64,000 bases of DNA from positions 310,001-374,000 of the forward strand of contig CATNEN010000012.1 of assembly GCA_950097015.1 (NCBI GenBank). Direction: 5' to 3'. This DNA is from Macrostomum hystrix (lineage: Eukaryota; Animalia; Platyhelminthes). The first letter of the stretch is position 1. Each line of letters begins with the position of its first letter. The notes below the pieces were generated by a model that saw only the letters and a list, made by a program, of their open reading frames with translations, had not been told where the DNA came from and ran no database searches. The position numbers and the translations under genes were made by a program. Positions 61,321 through 64,000 of the stretch are shown here, piece after piece.

Positions 61321-64000
61321 GGCCTTAATTTACCTATTTTTGGCATTACTGGCACGGCTTTGAAAAATATGCACACTAGGGTGACACGTTTTTATTGATA
61401 GCGGATGTCCGTAGCGAATAGAATTTGCCGGCAGATAATATATAGTAAAGTCACATTTTTAAATAGAATGTCAATACGAGGGTACATCTGTAAATTATGT
61501 TATCAATGCTTTGCGATCAACGTAAATAATACTCGCAAGTCTATATACGAGTACAAGCCTCCATGATATGTATATAGGTAGAAAAAAACTGAATGAATCG
61601 TGTTCCGAAAGCCTTAACTATGAAGTACGCACTTTTTAAAGTCTGTTATGGCTGCATCTGCCTGAGTAGCGAAAGTTTTCGTAATTCTAGTACTTACTGA
61701 CCACCCACTGGGAGTACACTGATAACTTTTCGGAGTAAAGTTAATTTTACTCGAAAAGTTATCAGTGTACTTGATTTGCTAGATAGTCAGACAAATTAAG
61801 TTAACCAATAATGTAGTAGTTGCATGTCTTCTTAAGTATGAGTCCTACAAAAACGCAAAAACGGTCACGGATTATATTAGCGAGAGCTGCTGTCTTTCGA
61901 GTCAGTCCAGAGCACTGAACAGTCCTAATTGCAGTTCTAAATCTTTACATGTACATGTATGAGGTCCCATGATGTTCGAGCACAGAGTTAGAATCAAGCA
62001 GAAAATTGACGGCCTTTAAGAATAAGTTAATCCCTTTTTTAAAGCTATCTTGAGGATCAAAAGTATCCGACCCCAAAGTAAGCAATTTATTTTTGAAAAT
62101 ACATACTGTTTATAGTTAAGGCAACTCAGCTAAGGTTAGATGTCTGAGTGCGACGTACGAGTGAGAGAGACAATCAGTTAATGCACAGTCTTGCGATGTA
62201 CACTGTTAGTGAGCATAGCGAAAGTAAAGTGAGTACGCGATACACAACACTATACGTATAGTCGTAATGTACGACATTCGCAGCTCACACGATTTCAGTG
62301 TTGCATGTGCTGAGGCAGCGTTGCCAAATGAAAATACGGAGCAGTAATAAGTGAGAAGATGAAAAGTAACGCGAGGCATAAAAAGGCCCACGCGCACTAT
62401 CATATATTTAGACTGTCAACAAGGCTGTCACGTCAACAACCAACCCCCACCCCGGCCTAAGCCGGTCTGGGACAGACAGTAAAACCCCAGTCAATCACAA
62501 CGCGCCACGTGCGCTTGCACTCTAGGCGACATGCAAGCTGCATACACAGCACTCAGATGTAACGTTCAGCTAGCTGCCTGTGTGCTAATGTAAAAGGGAA
62601 ATAAGGGTGTACAATATATTGTCTAATATAGGGGTTAAATTATGCATGTCTATGTGCTTAGAGAGGTGTATATTTACCGTCGTAATACGATGGCTGCATT
62701 AGGGTTCCATAGAAATCAATGATTGCGCTTGTAGATAGTTAGACAGCCACTTTTGTCACTTTCTCTTTTAAGTCTTTTTAATTATATCCTCTTTAGCACA
62801 ATAATTAGCCATTGCATTTAATTAATTGATCACGATTCCAAACCCAACACACTCAGATCACATTACTAAGCGCAAGCAAGTATTTGTATAAATAAAATTT
62901 TTCTAATTTGGTTAAAATACGCTGTGACGGAGAGCTATGACGCATTTTTTGTTTTACTTTCTACGTAATAATTTTTGCCATTTTTCTGCGACATCCTTTC
63001 CGCGATTCGCAGGGGCTCCGTCTGTCCTTCGGGGTGTGTATAAAGCCAGGGCTCGGCTGGAGGTCAGTGGCATTAAAACAAAGTTTAAAGAATAGTCGGG
63101 CAGATAAGTCGAAACATGAAGAATAAAATAAATTCATATGCGTGTATAAATTATGATTGTTTCTATAAATTTTTTATTTATCTTTACATCACGAAGTTAG
63201 TTACATAGAATTTTTTTAATTTCTTTTTTACCGGCGGTAATTACGTCAAATATTAAGTCATATATTAATATTAATAAATTTAAGTCAAATAGAGGCTATT
63301 CGAATTTTAAAACGGCGAAAGCTTTCGTATAAATATATTATCGTAGGGGCTTATAAACCGCTCATAAGCCCGTTATAAGCCGAAGTTTATTTTGAACGAC
63401 CAGACCAAGTTATAAGTAACATCGCTGCTTGAAGCAGTTAGTGGCGAATAAGAGTTACATCAAGATCTAGTTGAAAAGTAGTTTTTCATTTGTGGCGAAC
63501 GAGTTTAAAAAAAGTGGGTTTATAGCGAGTCGCTAGTGAAACGGGAGTGTAATCTTATCTAATCTTTCGCTTCCGCTTGAAATAATACGAAAGAGCCTTA
63601 GCAATACCAATGCTCGATTGTACACGCAATATTTTCTCAATATGCCTTTTCGTAATTCAATATCGAGAATCTTATTGCAAAACGATATTCTCAAAATTAC
63701 ATATTATAAAATTCAAAATGAAAAGAATTAAAAAATAAATGCCTTGATCAAGCCTTGTTTTGCAATAACATGGTGTTAAATTCTAGCAATTTTCGCAGTC
63801 TATAACTTCAACTGTGTATCTTAAAGATTTAAACTTAAAATGCAGCTGAAAGTAAAGTGTTAAAGCAGTTATAGTGACGTCCAGCTCGTTAATTTCCGAT
63901 GGCCTTTTGTCTAAGACGCTTGATCGTCTAGGACGCGTACACGACATTTTGGTTCGAATCTGACGGCAATACATTTTTGTCCGAGAGTGTTTTCGATCAA

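Noticed and set aside
62400-63100. GC-rich patch and TATAAA-like motif (about 63038) as a promoter
   Set aside because: No downstream gene visible in the window; the motif alone is insufficient.

Overview
Eukaryotic (metazoan) genomic DNA with GC-rich spliced exons, AT-rich spacers and a different minisatellite in almost every intron. This overall style suggests the flatworm Macrostomum, but that is my inference and is not verified. All recognisable genes lie on the + strand, in this order: a MYND zinc-finger gene; RNA polymerase I subunit 2 (POLR1B, 9 exons, with one 1-nt frameshift and one GC-AG intron); DCAF8-like WD40 gene; a two-pore K+ channel; tRNA-Ser(GCT); two tandem paralogues resembling C14orf93-type proteins; and an intronless ARHGAP11-like RhoGAP. 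SINEs and MITEs with intact target-site duplications (TSDs) are interspersed. The main discovery, invisible in the ORF track, is a Dscam/lola-like array of tandem alternative exons. Paralogue B carries 13 homologous cassettes between 45764 and 50579 (12 of exactly 77 nt, one of 71 nt), all AG..GT bounded and phase 1 to phase 0. Each encodes a different version of one basic helix. Paralogue A has 3 such cassettes at the same position. Only one cassette per mRNA keeps the reading frame (unless 4, 7, ... are joined), implying mutually exclusive splicing of a hypervariable, probably nucleic-acid-binding segment. All splice models were derived by eye from splice signals, frame and protein-family resemblance; none is confirmed by transcripts.
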